DNA of 64,000 bases from Balanoglossus misakiensis (taxonomy: Eukaryota; Animalia; Hemichordata). A model generated the notes under the pieces. The model made no database searches and was not told where the DNA came from. It saw only the letters and a program-made list of their open reading frames with translations. Below, piece after piece: positions 1-20,497 of this stretch. Where the stretch lies: positions 11,849,166-11,913,165 of the forward strand of contig CM082578.2 of the NCBI GenBank assembly GCA_040954595.2, given 5' to 3'. Both the position numbers and the translations under genes were made by a program. The first letter of the stretch is position 1; every line of letters starts with the position of its first letter.

Positions 1-465
1 GTTAACATCAAGTTTGGATACAGCAGTATTGGGTGAAAAATTGCCAGACACGCATACTTATAATATCTGACATACCCAGCACACATTGTGAGTAATCACA
101 TGGGTATTTTCTCAGACACGGCAAGGTTCTCTGGTAAAGTCTCGTTACAGTTGTCTGGTAACAGTTTGGAGCCAACTTAAAACCTTCACAAGACATACAT
201 GTAAAGTGCCTGATGTGAACCCTGTTACCGCCTCACAACCTAGGTGTTGCCAGTTGCCTTGAAATGATACCACAGAGGGACGTCATAATTAATACTCAGG
301 AGTATTACTTTCATAGCTTTTTTTTAGGTGTTAAAAATTGTCGTTATGAAGTAGATATGCCATTTTCTGTGAAGGGATTTTATGCATAAACGTCACAAAT
401 CAAACCCCTACATTTTCATCACGTTCATTTTTTTCTTTCTCTCTCTCTCTCTCTCCACACACCAG

Positions 466-4447
<3,982 letters not shown>

Positions 4448-7400
4448 CCAAGCAGTAACTGACAAGAGTACAGATGCTGGGATCATAGCCTTCAGCACTA
4501 CATAGACCTTGCCATTTGAAGAAGAAGAAGAAAAAATTAAATTATGTAACTATTTTAAGACACCAGGATCCAAGAATTGGGGTTTCATTTCAAATCATGA
4601 AGACGCCATACTGTGGTGATACTGCTGCTGCTGCGGAGTGATTTCAAGACGGGAAAACTTGTCTTGCATCGGTTCATGAATGGTGTTGTATTGGAGACAC
4701 CCCTGCCATGTTGACTGTACCATCACCTTCACGAATTGCACCCACGCTATTTTGTTTTGAGCGGTACTTTCCCAGAATATGAGAAAGAAAGAAAATGTGG
4801 CTGCTGGTTCTCAGGACCACACACCCCCACGGTCGAGGTCTCAGTCACTTGATTTGTCATACAAATTAAGTGTTTTATCTTTTTTTCTCGAAACTGTGGT
4901 GACTGTTTGTGACCATTTCTGACAAGCCACTGCTACAGTCCATGCACGGAGAGTGACGATAACACGTTGACATGAACAAGTGACAGAAAGACTGGAGGAT
5001 ATTATTAAACAAGCAGAGGTTCATGTGCGCGAAACACCATTGCAGGTGTAATGCAGTATTCGGTGGAAAGTGTAATCAAAGTTGTAATAATCATGATGAA
5101 TACCCCTTGTTGCTCATGTCCCCTTTAACCCTTTCACCGCCATGGTTTGGTCCGAGTCTATTGTTTTCTATGGTAGAATTGGACCTCTCTATAGGGGAAC
5201 TGGGGGTGAAAGGGTTAAAAGGAAAGCACGAATCAAGTGTGCAATGAAGTCTTGTACTGTCCAAGAAAAACTGCCAGTCTCCCAACTTTCCTCCCAAACA
5301 AGGGTACAATAAAGAGGTTGATTTATCGATGAGGTCACGACTCCCACAACTTTGAACTTTCAACTATGACCCGTGATGTTAGGCTCCAAGATTGAAGTGT
5401 AGTAGATTAGGTGTGACCAAACCACTGAAGGTTAAACCCCCTGTAATGAAATCGACAGCAATTGTGATGTTTTTTGTAGCCAGATGAATGGTTTAAAGAT
5501 AATCAAGATCTCACCACAGATCACGCACAATGTAGTATTTTGTAGCTGTCAGCTCTAAAATCAGTAATCAATAGGTTCAGGTCACCTCTGAGTGTTTGAT
5601 ATGTCGTAGAGACAAAAACAATCATAAATCTGACCAATTTAAAATTTCTGTAGCCTTTTCGATGAGGTTTACACTTCACAAGAATAAAGAGGCATTACTA
5701 AATTGACAAGCTAAGCACTTCATGTTATACACATCCACACTTTCTTTAAGAGCGAAACTTTTATTTATTAAATTAATCTTCTCAATTAAAAATTTGTGAT
5801 TGACATCACTAGGCATGCCAACTAGCAAGACATGATTCAACTATCATGGGACATTATGACATTGATATGCCATGTGATTGACTGACAAGGTCATGACCTT
5901 CCACCTTTTCTTTCAGTCAACCGAGCAAAGTTGCATTTGCAGGCATGCCAGGTCATGTCGACCAGTAGAATTCTTTGAATCATGAATATTTAATCAGTAA
6001 TGTACCACCCCAGTTTCATTTCATGGCCATTTTTAAGATCATTTTCGTGTCCTTTCCTTGGGAGATCTTAGGGTTGTTTTTTTGTCCATCAATTCATGTA
6101 GTTTGGACTGCCTCTTTCATTGAGAAACCCTTCTTCTGGGACGAGACATTGCATTGTATCTGAGATTTACACGTAGCTGTTCACATTGGGGTCAAAGAGC
6201 AAAGGTCATGTAGACCAAGTGTCCCCCCAAAAACTGAAACTTGGTGAATGCTTTGTAATGCTATCACAGTGATCCCTGGTACTCTGAAGGAGAGAGAGTA
6301 AACAAAAACGAATCTCTCACAGAGAAAAACACAATATCGTGACTCGCAACTCTCAATTGCACAGAAGTTACTACAGCTTGGATAGACGCCAGAAACATGT
6401 GCTCTTCCATGACATCAGATTCGGACCAAAAAAAAGCTTAGTACATGTAATAACAATTCTCTGTTTTTGATAACATTTATTCTTATGTTTTAGTCAAGAA
6501 AATAACCCATTGCAGGTGAATAAGGGTTTTGCAGATGGAATGTAAACAAAGAGCATGACACCAGGTCCTTGTACAAGAACTGGCTTTTAACACTGTGTCA
6601 TATTTCCACTGAATTGTCTCGCAGTGTTCGTATAACGTTGGCGCTTGAGCCACCAGAAAAAATATAGCCCCCTGTTTCAGACTATCGGGTTTGACTGATT
6701 ACGTACTGGTATATTAATTTTAGTCAAAACCCAACGTTTGGCAAAATGTCAACCAGCTACTGGGGCCGTGCAGTAGCGGTTATCAAAACTGGAGTATCCA
6801 CAAAGCCCATGTATGCCAGTTGTTGTTTTTTAAATGGTACAGAAAAGGTGTCGTGAAGGTTCTATTTCTAATATCAGCATTTACAGAATATTTTTTGTTT
6901 GTTTTAAAAGAATAAACCATTGCGGTCTTCACTATCTTTTACCTCACAAGCATTTTTCCGAAAAGCAAAATGTTGATTTTTTTTGTCAGCTGTGAAACTT
7001 GATCGAGGATGAAAATGCAAAATTCTGAACTTGAGAACAGGTATGACTTTAATAACGAGGTATTTATCAGTGTATTTGTCATTTTATTTTTTATGCCATA
7101 TTATTGTAAAGAAAAATTTGGAAAGTAGAGATGTTTTGACAGAATCTGTATTTTGTAAGTGGTCACTTCCTTGTTTTTACATATTTGGGTAAAAATTGGT
7201 TCGAAGACCAGAGCGGGTTAAGTGACTCCCAAGTCTGCCAGCATAACCCTGGTATCTGATCAATAGGTCAATTATCAAATCATTCAGCACATTAACAACG
7301 AAAATCATTGTAATAAATTGGCCAGTTGCCCGACCACATATCTTCAATGAATAGAATTACCAGCTCATAATAAACTTACATTTGGTGGTAATTAAAAAAA

Positions 7401-8690
7401 TAACAGAGAACATTAAAATTGTGGCAAAAAAATTAACACTGAAGGCGCAGTCAGTGAAATCATGTGTAGATCTTCTTGTCGGTTTTTAAGAACATGATGA
7501 TTAGGATTTGACTTTTCTGTGAAAAGTATGACATCGTGGAATTTGTGTTTGGTCGACTCACTTCGCCTATCAGCCAGATAACCCTTGACCTGAAAGATAA
7601 TCGATTAACATCATGTGAGATAAGACAGCCAATAAGATGAAAGTACCCCTAGTGAAAGAAGTGCTATTTTAGATCACTGTAGCAATACCTGATTGGATAC
7701 CAAGGTTTTGGTGACTTTGTGGTCTGAGAACAATTAGATTAAAAAAACAAATTATTCTACATTTGAAAAAAAAAATGTAGGCTGTGTAGAAATTTTTTAG
7801 ACGATTTTCAATGATGGTTTTTAGTTTGATTTCAACCTGATTTAGAAAAATATGATTAAAGAATAAAGAGGACTACCCGATCCATTAGTATAATCAGTAC
7901 TGAAACTCAAAGTACCATGGTAACCGATGATATAGAAACAACCTAATCATGGTAAAATCTTATATATTGAATATTCCGATTCTTAAATGTCATTTTTCCC
8001 CGTCGTACAAAATATGAAATTTGTTCAGCATGATCACTTAAATACTGCAATCGATCAATCAATCAAACACATGCTTTCTTTCTGTAGAGTGTTTAGCACC
8101 CTTTCGAAAATATTCTCAAATATTTATTACATTTTATGTTGTTTTTATTATTTCATTTTATTGAAAGTTTTATTTTGCAAAGTGGTATGGCTGGTCATTT
8201 TGATTGGCAGCTGTCACTCAGAGATTTTCAACCAATGAGGTAGTCAGAAGTGTAAGAGGTTAATCACGCAGCCACTCTGAATATTTGCATTGTCGATAAA
8301 AAAAACATTTTTTGCTGCTCTGTGTGTTTTCAGTGTTAGCTCTCGTCAATTTCTCTTGGTGCTCGTTGTAAGCTATGTGAACATAAATTTTACAAAAATG
8401 ATTAATTCTCCCCCCCCCCCCCAAAAAAAAGAAAAGACACGCAAGACCAAACCTTTACAAGTGCAATGTTGATAGTCATTCTAGATTACCCCAAAAAATG
8501 ACCTTTGACCTACTTTGTACAGAGAAATGCATCATCCATAGAGTATGTAGCACGCTAAAAAAAAGAAGCTGAAATTTGCTCAATGTAAATCCTATTCAGC
8601 TGTTGATCTGCTAAGCTTTGCTTACGAATCACAAGTAGTAATGTATTTGGTGTATTTGTCTACAAAATAAAATAAATGCAATATTTTAGA
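4448..8690 (+). other. Probable long (~4.2 kb) 3' UTR of the CDK17-like gene
   Basis: AT-rich with no coding exons. Tandem AATAAAATAAA at ~8666-8676 is followed by U/GU-rich sequence just before the tafazzin promoter. Earlier AATAAA sites also occur (~5308, ~5683, ~6911). Confidence 0.5.
5125..5218 (+). mobile_element. piggyBac-type MITE, copy 1 (86 bp between TTAA duplications)
   Basis: TTAA|CCCTTTCACC...GGTGAAAGGG|TTAA. A homologous copy lies in opposite orientation at 11773-11865. Confidence 0.85.
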
Positions 8691-9113
8691 TTTAAAAACT
8701 GCTTTTGCGCTTGATTTCAATTGTGTCTGAAAAGCTGTGTGGTTCTGGAGCGAGTTCTTTGTACTTTTGTGTTGTCCTGTGATTCGATTATAACCGAGCA
8801 CAGATGGATAGGTCTACGTCTTGGGACGAGGCTATTCTGAAAACAAAGGAATTTTTGAATCGATTGTTAGCTGGGGTACGTCTGGCCTGAAAGCAGACAC
8901 ATCTTGACATCTCTGGGCAATCACGATCAGTTCACTGTTCGCTGGCGACCCTTATTTCTGATGTTTACAACTATATGAGTCCACTCGCAACATACATCCA
9001 ATGTCTCGAGTTCGCTCATTCCTGACTACAGCCAACAGCGAAGTCGAACATCTCCGTCTTCCGTCACACATGTGTTGATCAGCCGGTAACATTTATGTTG
9101 TCGATGTCTCACC

Positions 9114-11720
9114 ATGCCCCTCGAAAAAGGACAGTGGGTTTTCCCTAAAGGGCCGAGTAAGGTGTTTAATTTTGGTGGTTGGATTGTCAACGGTTTGGTG
9201 GGCACGATATCCCAAGTTGGACTCAGTAAGTACGAACAATTTTACATCTGTAGCTCATTCCAAAACAGGTCTGTTGAACGAACAGGCAACCAACAACATC
9301 TGCCAGCCTTTAGCCACACACTAGCTGCAATGATTGTAGCGGGTGCTGCTAGGTGCATAACCGCTACAAGGCCTTGTGTGTAATTTTCCAATCAACTTTC
9401 TGTCGTCAGCTCAGTTATGGGGTTGAACTCTTACCTCCGATAACATTTGAAAACCGAACGGGTGCATCCCCCCAAAAAACACCTCCGACGCCCAAATTTC
9501 CTCCAAAATTGTCCTGCTTCCATTAAAAAAACGATAAATGCACTGCAGTTTCGCCGATGTGTTCCGCCATGTTAGAGCAAACATGGCGGACAAAGTTTGT
9601 AAACATTGGCGAAACTTCAGTGGGTTTATCGTTTTTTTAATGGAAGCAGGACAATTTTTGGGGAAATTTGGGCGTCGGAGGTGTTTTTTGAGGGGGATGC
9701 ACCCGTTCGGTTTTCAAATGTTATCGGAGGTAAGAGTTCAACCCCATAACTGAGCTGACGACAGAAAGTTGATTGGAAAATTACACACAAGGCCTTGTAG
9801 CGGTTATGCTGCACACCAGTCAACCAAGCAGCACTGGCCGCTACAATCATTGCAGCTAGCCACACACGTATTCTTCAGACAAGACAACATTCTGAAGTCT
9901 CTTTTCTGTTCTGTACTTTTGCAGAATGGCTGACCAACTTCCGTGGGTATGATCTTGAGATTCTAGAGAATGCTGTTGCTGCCAGACCAAAGGGCCAACC
10001 GTTGATAACAGTTTCCAATCACTTCTCATGCCTTGATGATCCCATGCTATGGGGTAAGATATGTGTCATTGTGTCCCAGGGGTGTTTCTGGGGTCAAAGT
10101 GACCTGATGCACAATGCAGTACTGTATTGGCTAAAAATGAACTGAAACCAACTTGCTTGAATCATGACTACACAAATTCCTCAGCGTATACACACATTTT
10201 CCACCAATGTCCATTTTGATATCGGAATTCCTACATTGACACATTTTTGCTTTGATTTGAAGAACGACAGCTACCATATACTTTGACTTTTCCATTACAG
10301 GTTGTCTCAAATGGAAAACTGTTCTGAACAGAAAAGGCATGAGAATGTAAGTCTTTGCTCATTTTCATTTTACTTATTTCTTCAGAACAACATTTCACCT
10401 AATGTGTGTAGTATTGCATTATTGTTATTCTTTAATGATCTTGTATCCTTCCTTCTTGTTTTGTTTTCACAGGACCCCATCAGGTCATGACATTATATTT
10501 ACAAAGAAAGCTCACACAATTTTCTTCAGTCTCGGAAAATGTGTTCCAATAGTCAGAGGTAAGCAAAGTTACTGCTACTACCAGTGTTCAAACACTCAAC
10601 AGGTACAATAATATCCAGGGGAAGGTCCGCTATAGGTTAACACTTATGTGCCAATGTATGATCGCAGTCACCTTCAATGGTTCATTTACTGTCTCCATTC
10701 TCAGGTGATGGTGTGTATCAGAAAGGCATGGATTACTGCATTGACTATGCCAACAGTGGAGGATGGCTCCATATCTTTCCAGAAGGTGAGCTGGAATTGC
10801 AATCCATGTTTTTAAGTGCCAGCATTTCCCACACAGGGTATGGTAGCTAATCTGTTCCATACACTACAGTGTGTGGCAAGCCTTACTGATCAAATGGAGC
10901 TTTTGTCTAAAATGTTAGAGGAAACTTTTTTTGGACACAGTTTGGTTACTGCTGTTTTGACATTTCAGAAAAACTGATATTAAGAGGATATGTTCTTTCT
11001 TGCTTTCAGGAAAAGTAAATATGATGCATGAAGTTCTGAGATTGAAATGGGGTAAGTATAACGATCATGAAGTTCGTAAAAAATTATTCTAATAGTGAAA
11101 ATTTCCCATTTTACAGTATTTCTGTGGGGTTTTGATTTGTAGGTGTTGGTAGAGTCATTGCAGAGTGCAAGGTTGAGCCGTTGGTGATTCCGTTCTGGCA
11201 CGTGGGGATGGACGAGGTGCTGCCAAACAGGGCTCCTTACGTGCCGCAGTTTGGCAAGAAGGTGACAGTACTAGTCGGCAAACCAGTGCAACTTCAGGAT
11301 TTACTCAAACAACTCAGGCAAGAGAACAGAACACCGGTGAGTAGGAGAAGGGTTTAATGAAATAAGTTTTACTGAAGGGTGACCCTTGTTGGTCACATTC
11401 CAGACAGTTCACACGAATTTACACACGTCAGCAATATGCATTTTGATATTGGCAGATCAAAGTTGTCTCCATTGTAACCACAAATCCAGGACCTGATACA
11501 ACACAGCATGTGAAATTGCTTTCTCACCAACGTTGTAACACAGAATATTTTGTCTTGACAGGTTGAAATACGGAAGGAGATCACAGATGCAATCCAGCAC
11601 GAGTTCATCGGTCTCCGAGCCAGGGCCGAGGCTCTTCACTATGGCCACAAAAAGAGTACAACAGCCGATGCATCTGATGCCAGCGTGCAGAAAGACAGAC
11701 AAAATGACATATCAAGTTAA
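9114..11720 (+). CDS. TAZ: Tafazzin (cardiolipin transacylase)
   Basis: Exons 9114-9225, 9925-10053, 10301-10346, 10473-10558, 10705-10785, 11010-11051, 11143-11336, 11562-11720. Motifs: [19 protein letters not shown] (acyltransferase HxxxxD), [46 protein letters not shown]. Confidence 0.95.
9313..9867. mobile_element. Foldback/MITE-like DNA transposon (9322-9858) with long inverted arms and a 9-bp target site duplication, in TAZ intron 1
   Basis: Termini TAGCTGCAATGATTGTAGCGG...CCGCTACAATCATTGCAGCTA. GCCACACAC flanks both sides (9313-9321, 9859-9867). Arms ~9355-9560 and ~9600-9808 are near-perfect reverse complements, and ORFs on opposite strands share the peptide [19 protein letters not shown]. 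Confidence 0.92.
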
Positions 11721-11772
11721 CACAGAACCAAAAAATTAGGAGTCTCAAAAGGACGACTGATAAATCACAGCC

Positions 11773-11865
11773 TTAACCCTTTCACCCCCAATTCCCTGTA
11801 TAGGAGACCACCTTTGCCATTGAAAACAATGGGAATGGACCAAACCACGGTGGTGAAAGGGTTAA
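11773..11865 (-). mobile_element. piggyBac-type MITE, copy 2 (85 bp), just downstream of the TAZ stop codon
   Basis: TTAA|CCCTTTCACC...GGTGAAAGGG|TTAA. Its reverse complement aligns along the whole length with 5129-5214. Confidence 0.85.
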
Positions 11866-12586
11866 AGGGAGACTGTCATCAGCACTGTGTGCCTGTTCTA
11901 CATTAATTTTGAATCATTTATTTAATTAAATAATGAATAATTTATTTCTACCATAGTATTTAATTACAGCAAATCAGCTTACCCACAGAATTTAAAAGTT
12001 TCAGTTTAAATCATGAAAGATAAATTTGCTATAAGTTCTACTTCGTCCACGTTCCTTTGGTATAATGCTTTGTTGGTTTTCTGGTTCCTGTGCAACCATT
12101 GAATGCAGTGCTGATGACTGCCTCCTTTCCAACTTGTGCCTGTATTTTATATCACAGCATATACTTTATATTTTTACAGAATCAGACAGCTGAGATCAAT
12201 CATGACAATTTTTTTGCAGTTGATGACAGTATTTCTTCAAATTTACCAATACATGTACAGTCAAACCTATCTATAGTAGCCAGTCAATTGTCATGCCTAA
12301 ACTGGCCTTTATAGACAGGTATCCATAAATAATGATTTTTTTTTGTACGTCGGATCAATAAAAATTGAAATCAGGATGGAACTACCTCAAAAGATTCACC
12401 ACATGGGGGCGATGTTTTATTCGTTTGAGCACATGCATCACATAGCACATCCATGCCATAAATTAAATTACTAGCAGCAGTGAAATCCAATTGTCTGGTT
12501 GCTCGCATTACCACAAAGGAGAAAGTAGCAAGTTCGTCCAAACAGCTGGGATTAGTCCGTCTGCGCAAATCTCTCGCAGATAATTG

Positions 12587-15052
<2,466 letters not shown>

Positions 15053-18000
15053 TCTGTCAAGTTTTGTTGCTGAAGTCAGCCATGTTGCATCTCGCGGACT
15101 TCAACTAACGCGCGAAACAACGAGATTGAGTCCAGGGGGCGCTAGCACTTTTAAATGGTCACTGACTGTTGCATTTTGGGTAATTGGTCAGTCAGACTGA
15201 CCCTGAGGTTGAACATGAAGATAGAAACTGAAAGTGAATGAACTTTATGTGATGATACCACTCAAGGTACCATGACACTTTCTTTAAAGCATATTCTTTG
15301 GTGGTACTTTTGGTTTCGGTTGGCGCCAAGGGCATATTGTTCCGCGCTTTGCGTCAGCCATGCCCCCCCCCCATCTTTCCCCACGGTCAAAGCCGAAAGC
15401 TCTACTACTGAGGCTGCACGATTTTCGTTCAATTTGCGGTGAAATTGTTTTCACCAGATAATATGTGAGAATTCACAGTGACAAGAAACACGAAGACTTG
15501 GATTTGGTGTCACCATATTAGAGTTTTACTTTGAGGATCTTGAAAGTGATCGTTGATTCAAGAGAAAACTGATGACATGAAGTTGCAATGGAGACTCACC
15601 ACGAGCCAGCCCGCTTGCATTGGAATGTATGACCATGGAGGTTACCTCCATCGTATGGCAAAGAAAGGTTGTCGTAAATATTGAAACCTGATTAATATTC
15701 AGTTGTCGTCCAGTGTACATTGTTATCGTCGATGCCTCTCCCCAAGGTTTTCTTAGGTACACACTATATATATCACATTCCACGGCCGTCAATCATTGGT
15801 TTACAGAGTGAGTGCAGTGGGCGTGCTTTGATGACGACACAAGTCGGCTTTCATCCGCTGTTCCTTGAAATACTCTGTATTCTCCGTATATGCTCAGAAG
15901 AACTTTTGTACTGAAACCATTCCGTCGAACTCTTCAGCAGCGCACGGGTCGGTTACACTGACACAAGAACCGAAAGGGGGATTTTCGTCCGTTGCAGACC
16001 CAAGAAACCGAAGATTTTTCACAGTGGCGTGTTTCAGGTAACACTACCATCTACCGCCACTGTTGTGGCATTCATTTTTATACTTGGAAAGTAGTGTGTT
16101 CGTTGCAACTTGCTTTTAGCGAAATCTACACATCAAAAAAAATTCAATAGTCGAGTGGAGGTAATTTCAAACTGTCGGATCGAATTAACTGTATGTTGTA
16201 CTTTTCATGACCTAAGACAAATACCACCATAGCCTTACCGACAGGCCAGTCTGACGGGTAGTGTTAACTTGTGGATTATAGAAACTGATTTGTAGCGTGT
16301 ATCTAAGTTGGCATGAATGATTAATGTGTGTTCGGTATGCGTCGTTGCTTGCGTACGACAGAGTTTAGGGGCAGTATGAATTAAAGTGTCGCACCAGACC
16401 GAGACTTTTCAAAGATCAGACACTCGGCACCGACCTCTGTCAGCCGCGCCGCGCCGTGAAAGCGCGGACCACAGTCAAAAGCCTGCTAAACGCATCGCAC
16501 AGAAGTGCGCCCCGTCACCATGTGTAAAATATACCAACCGATCTGGTGGCGTCGATTTTGAGAATTTCGTCTTATTTATTTCAAGAGTTTGGCCGGATTT
16601 CCAAACGAGGGACAATTGACTTTCCAAACTTTATTTAGAAAAAAACACGTAAAATAATACCGCGACAACAGGTATTTCGCTTGAACGATAGTTGAATATC
16701 GTTGACAAAACAGACATAAGAATTTCGAGTAATATTGCAAGACATGTGAGAATATTTGGTAATGTTTGCTCATAAAAAATAAGCAAATAACACATGCGCA
16801 TTTTAGCACACATTGCACTTTTGACGCATTTCTCGCATTTGGTTTATGGTAAGCAACGCACCACATTCTCTGGAAGGGTTGGTCACGAATTCTTGGCGAC
16901 AGACGGAGCAAACATGGTTCCCCATTTCCACTAACTTGTTTCAATGGTAACCAGACTGCTCGCCTAAACCGTGTAAACTAAACAAACATAGTCTAACAAT
17001 ATCATTTTCTAAAATCAAATTATTTTTTCTCGTTTTTTTTACCCAATTTATTTATTGCAATTGCTTTGATATGTTGACTTCGGATGTGTGAAGCGGTTGT
17101 GAAATTGAGAAGTTGGATATCAAGTGGGTCTCAGTATCGCTACCTCCTTATACACGCAAAGTGCCATACACAAGATACAAAAAGGGAACTGAGGCCGCCG
17201 GGAATGATAATATATATCAACTCTGTCAGAATTCCCCTGCAGTGGTCCATTCTATTAATAATAGTCACTTTCCTTAGAAGGCTAGCATGCAAATGACCAC
17301 AAATTTAGTAGAAACAAAATGGGAAGGCATGAAAATTGGAAAGGCATGAAAATAAAATAAAAACACAAATGATTCAAACAGTAAATGATTTACAAAAAAC
17401 GGAGAAAGTCTTTTGGAGGGGGAAAGTCGGAAATTATAACAGGTTATATGTTGCAAAACAGCTCGGTGTCATAAAGTTGGCCTGAACATATTACATGACT
17501 TGATCGGAATTAAGTTCACTATGATATCCGTATCGAAATTCCAATAGATATAAAATGAAAGGGTTCGGGGCTATTCGTTGGTGCGTTAGGCACTGAATTA
17601 GGTCTGAAATCATTCACAAAATTTTTCAAGTGGCCGTGGGTGAAATCATGCGACCATCTTCCAAGAATCAAGATGCTGAGGTGTCCATGGCCCACGCCTC
17701 TAGCAGTTTTCGCCCTCTAATCGGCAACCTGACAATAGTTTTATTGACTAGGCCTACTCAGGTCAAAAAAGCCGTGCACATACGTAGCACGTAAGGCTTA
17801 GGCTTATATCTTTTATTCGAGTAACGCCCACTCTTGAAAACTATTGACCATACATGGCTAGCGATAGGGGTTGAGTTGACGTCGGTGAACCGTCCCAAAT
17901 AGCTTTCAGCTTTTTGGATGTTCGACATTCTTATAGTAATTACTTTGAGACGATTTGTCATCCTGCACTACAAGAAAATTTTATACGAGGAAGAACACAA

Positions 18001-20497
18001 CATGAAATTCTACTGCCATTTTTCGGTCGTAGCTATTCATATTTCACATCCACACAAAATTTCCTTGACGTATCTGAATGACTAGACACGTAGTATATAC
18101 AAACTTCCACCTGAACCCATTTCAAATTACAAGTGTGCCATAAACAGGTCCCTGAACTGCCATCAATGCGCAAAAAAAAAATTAAAATGTGTAAGTTACA
18201 GCATTAATAGATTGGCAAATACTAGGCAAGTTTACTTAGTTTGTTTTGTTTTATTTTGTTTTGTTTACCCTCGTTATTTCACCAAAATTGTCTACATTTG
18301 CACCCAGTTATTAGAGTGGGATAAAGTTCGCGCAATTACTTTGTTCTTATACTCACCTGAAGTGTTTTGTTTTGGATCATAACATGTGTTAAGGACCAAC
18401 TGGGTCCTCAGAGTCATCAAAATATATTCCAAGCCTCAGAGGGAACTTTTAACGCGATTGCACCACCCGTTCAATCGAAAGTTGGTCTGAATCCAGACTT
18501 CATGCCAACTTCGATGTAATTTATGACAACATGCCATCAATGCCATTAGTACGTGCGATATAACATGATTTGACATGTGTGGTATAATCTATGGTTTGAT
18601 TGATTGGACGCCATCTAAACTGAGTGATTTGTACGCATCGTGTCAAGTGATGTCGATAGGTGGGTTAGCGACACGGCAGTACCAATCGATACCGATCCAG
18701 CTTCATCGCTTGACCCCTTATCGTATAAACATACGAACATACCTACAAAAAGCTGTGTCACCGAAACAACATATGCATTGGCTTAATTGGACTATTTCAC
18801 GACTTAAAGACAGGCAGCTATGGGGACCTTTTATCATAAAGTGAGGAATGTGGCGTAAACCGGGAGTCGGGGAAATGGCCAGTCAGGACCGTTTTCCGAA
18901 AGTGGAATTGGATGCGCGGTAATAGTTTCCTTTTGAAGGGTATTGGGGTCAAGCTCTGATAAATTTATCACGCATTGCGAGTTTATATGTCTATATTAAT
19001 AATTGTTTTGTTTTTAAACAGTTAGCAGCATATACATGTATGCAGACAAAGTCAATTTATTGAATGGATGAACAATGCATTGCGCAAAGCCCAAAAAGTT
19101 TAGTGTCTTGGTTAATATGGATGCGCAGACGACAACAGGGAGTTCACATTGTCTCCATCGACATACAATGCATTAGGCTATTAATTATGACATTATGAAT
19201 GATATCCATGACTATGGCAGGAGTCATAACGTTTTGTAGCTCATGCTGGGTTTTTTTCTCTTCATTTTCGAAGAGTCACAACAACTTTTATGTGGGTTGC
19301 TGGGAAAGTCCAGCACACTTTCACCGTGGAATCTGAATGAGCAAAACTCCCACTTGCTATGGCCTTCTGGCGAACCTTTTGTCTGTTTTACTGGGCCACT
19401 GACTATATGTGGTTTAATCATATGCTTGGCCGTGGGTGTTTGTGTCTGCGTTCTACAGCATTCTGTGGAATCAGTGAATCAAGTTTTCTTAGAACCGTTG
19501 AAAAAAGTAAAATGTTTGTGCGCGTAGGCCTATATAAGACCCTGACCTCGGGGAAAACCAGTCCGAGTCGACCGCCACAGCTTCGGAGAACAAGGCACCA
19601 GCCCACCCCCACCTCTAGAAAATCACACATATGCTGCCAAATTGAAATGTGGGAAGAACGATTTTTACTTGGCAGCCGTCTCTATTGTTTATTTCCTGTC
19701 CAAATCAACAGAACGGGGTCACGGAGTCTGACTGCGGTCATCTGTGGATCACTTTTGTAGTCAGCGATATGGCACCAAGGTGACCCCCAGATAGATAGAC
19801 GTCACAGTGAAGAAACTGCCCACGTCGCAAAGTAAAGTCGTGTTTCCGCAAAGTTGGTTATGATAAAACCGGGTTCATGAATGTTCATGTGAACGTCACT
19901 GTTACTTTCTTTTCCCCGCTTTCACTCACTTTTCGTGATTCTCATGTCAGAGACCGAAACCGTGACGAGACGAACTGCACGTATTTTGCCTTGAGTCTGT
20001 GCGTGTTTAGGCCAAGCCACATTTGTACGGTCCTACTTCAAGTTCCAGAAGTATTACCTACACCTGCAAACAACATAGGCCTACTCAAAGCGCATGCAAA
20101 CAATATTTTATAGTTCTCATATTTTATCGGCAGGCAAACGATGTTTAAACTGTGTGAAATTCTTTGTGTGATTGAGTAACGGCCTATGGTGTCATGTTCG
20201 TACAACACTCCATCGAGAGAAGGTTACACAAAGCATTCCAACAACAATAAACGCCTACACAGTCAATCACGTGGCCTGGGTCGCTGGAGTATCCCAGTTC
20301 TATAAATAACCCACAGACAGAGTCCTTTGTTTAGAAAACCTTCAACGTATTTATGTTATTTGGTTCAAAGGCAGACTTCGTGATGTTAAACCTGTATCAC
20401 ATGACGGTCAGCTGAAGTAGATCTCATACAATTTGTTTTTGTCAGGTTATTTGCAGTCCAGCGTAGTGAGCGCCGACGACTGGATGGAGTTGAGATA

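Noticed and set aside
9411-9865. ORFs on both strands with identical peptide ends
   Set aside because: They result from the palindromic element and carry no transposase motifs.
19224-19760. Cluster of overlapping ORFs upstream of the LRRK2-like ATG
   Set aside because: No homology or exon-phase link to the gene; likely promoter or leader sequence.
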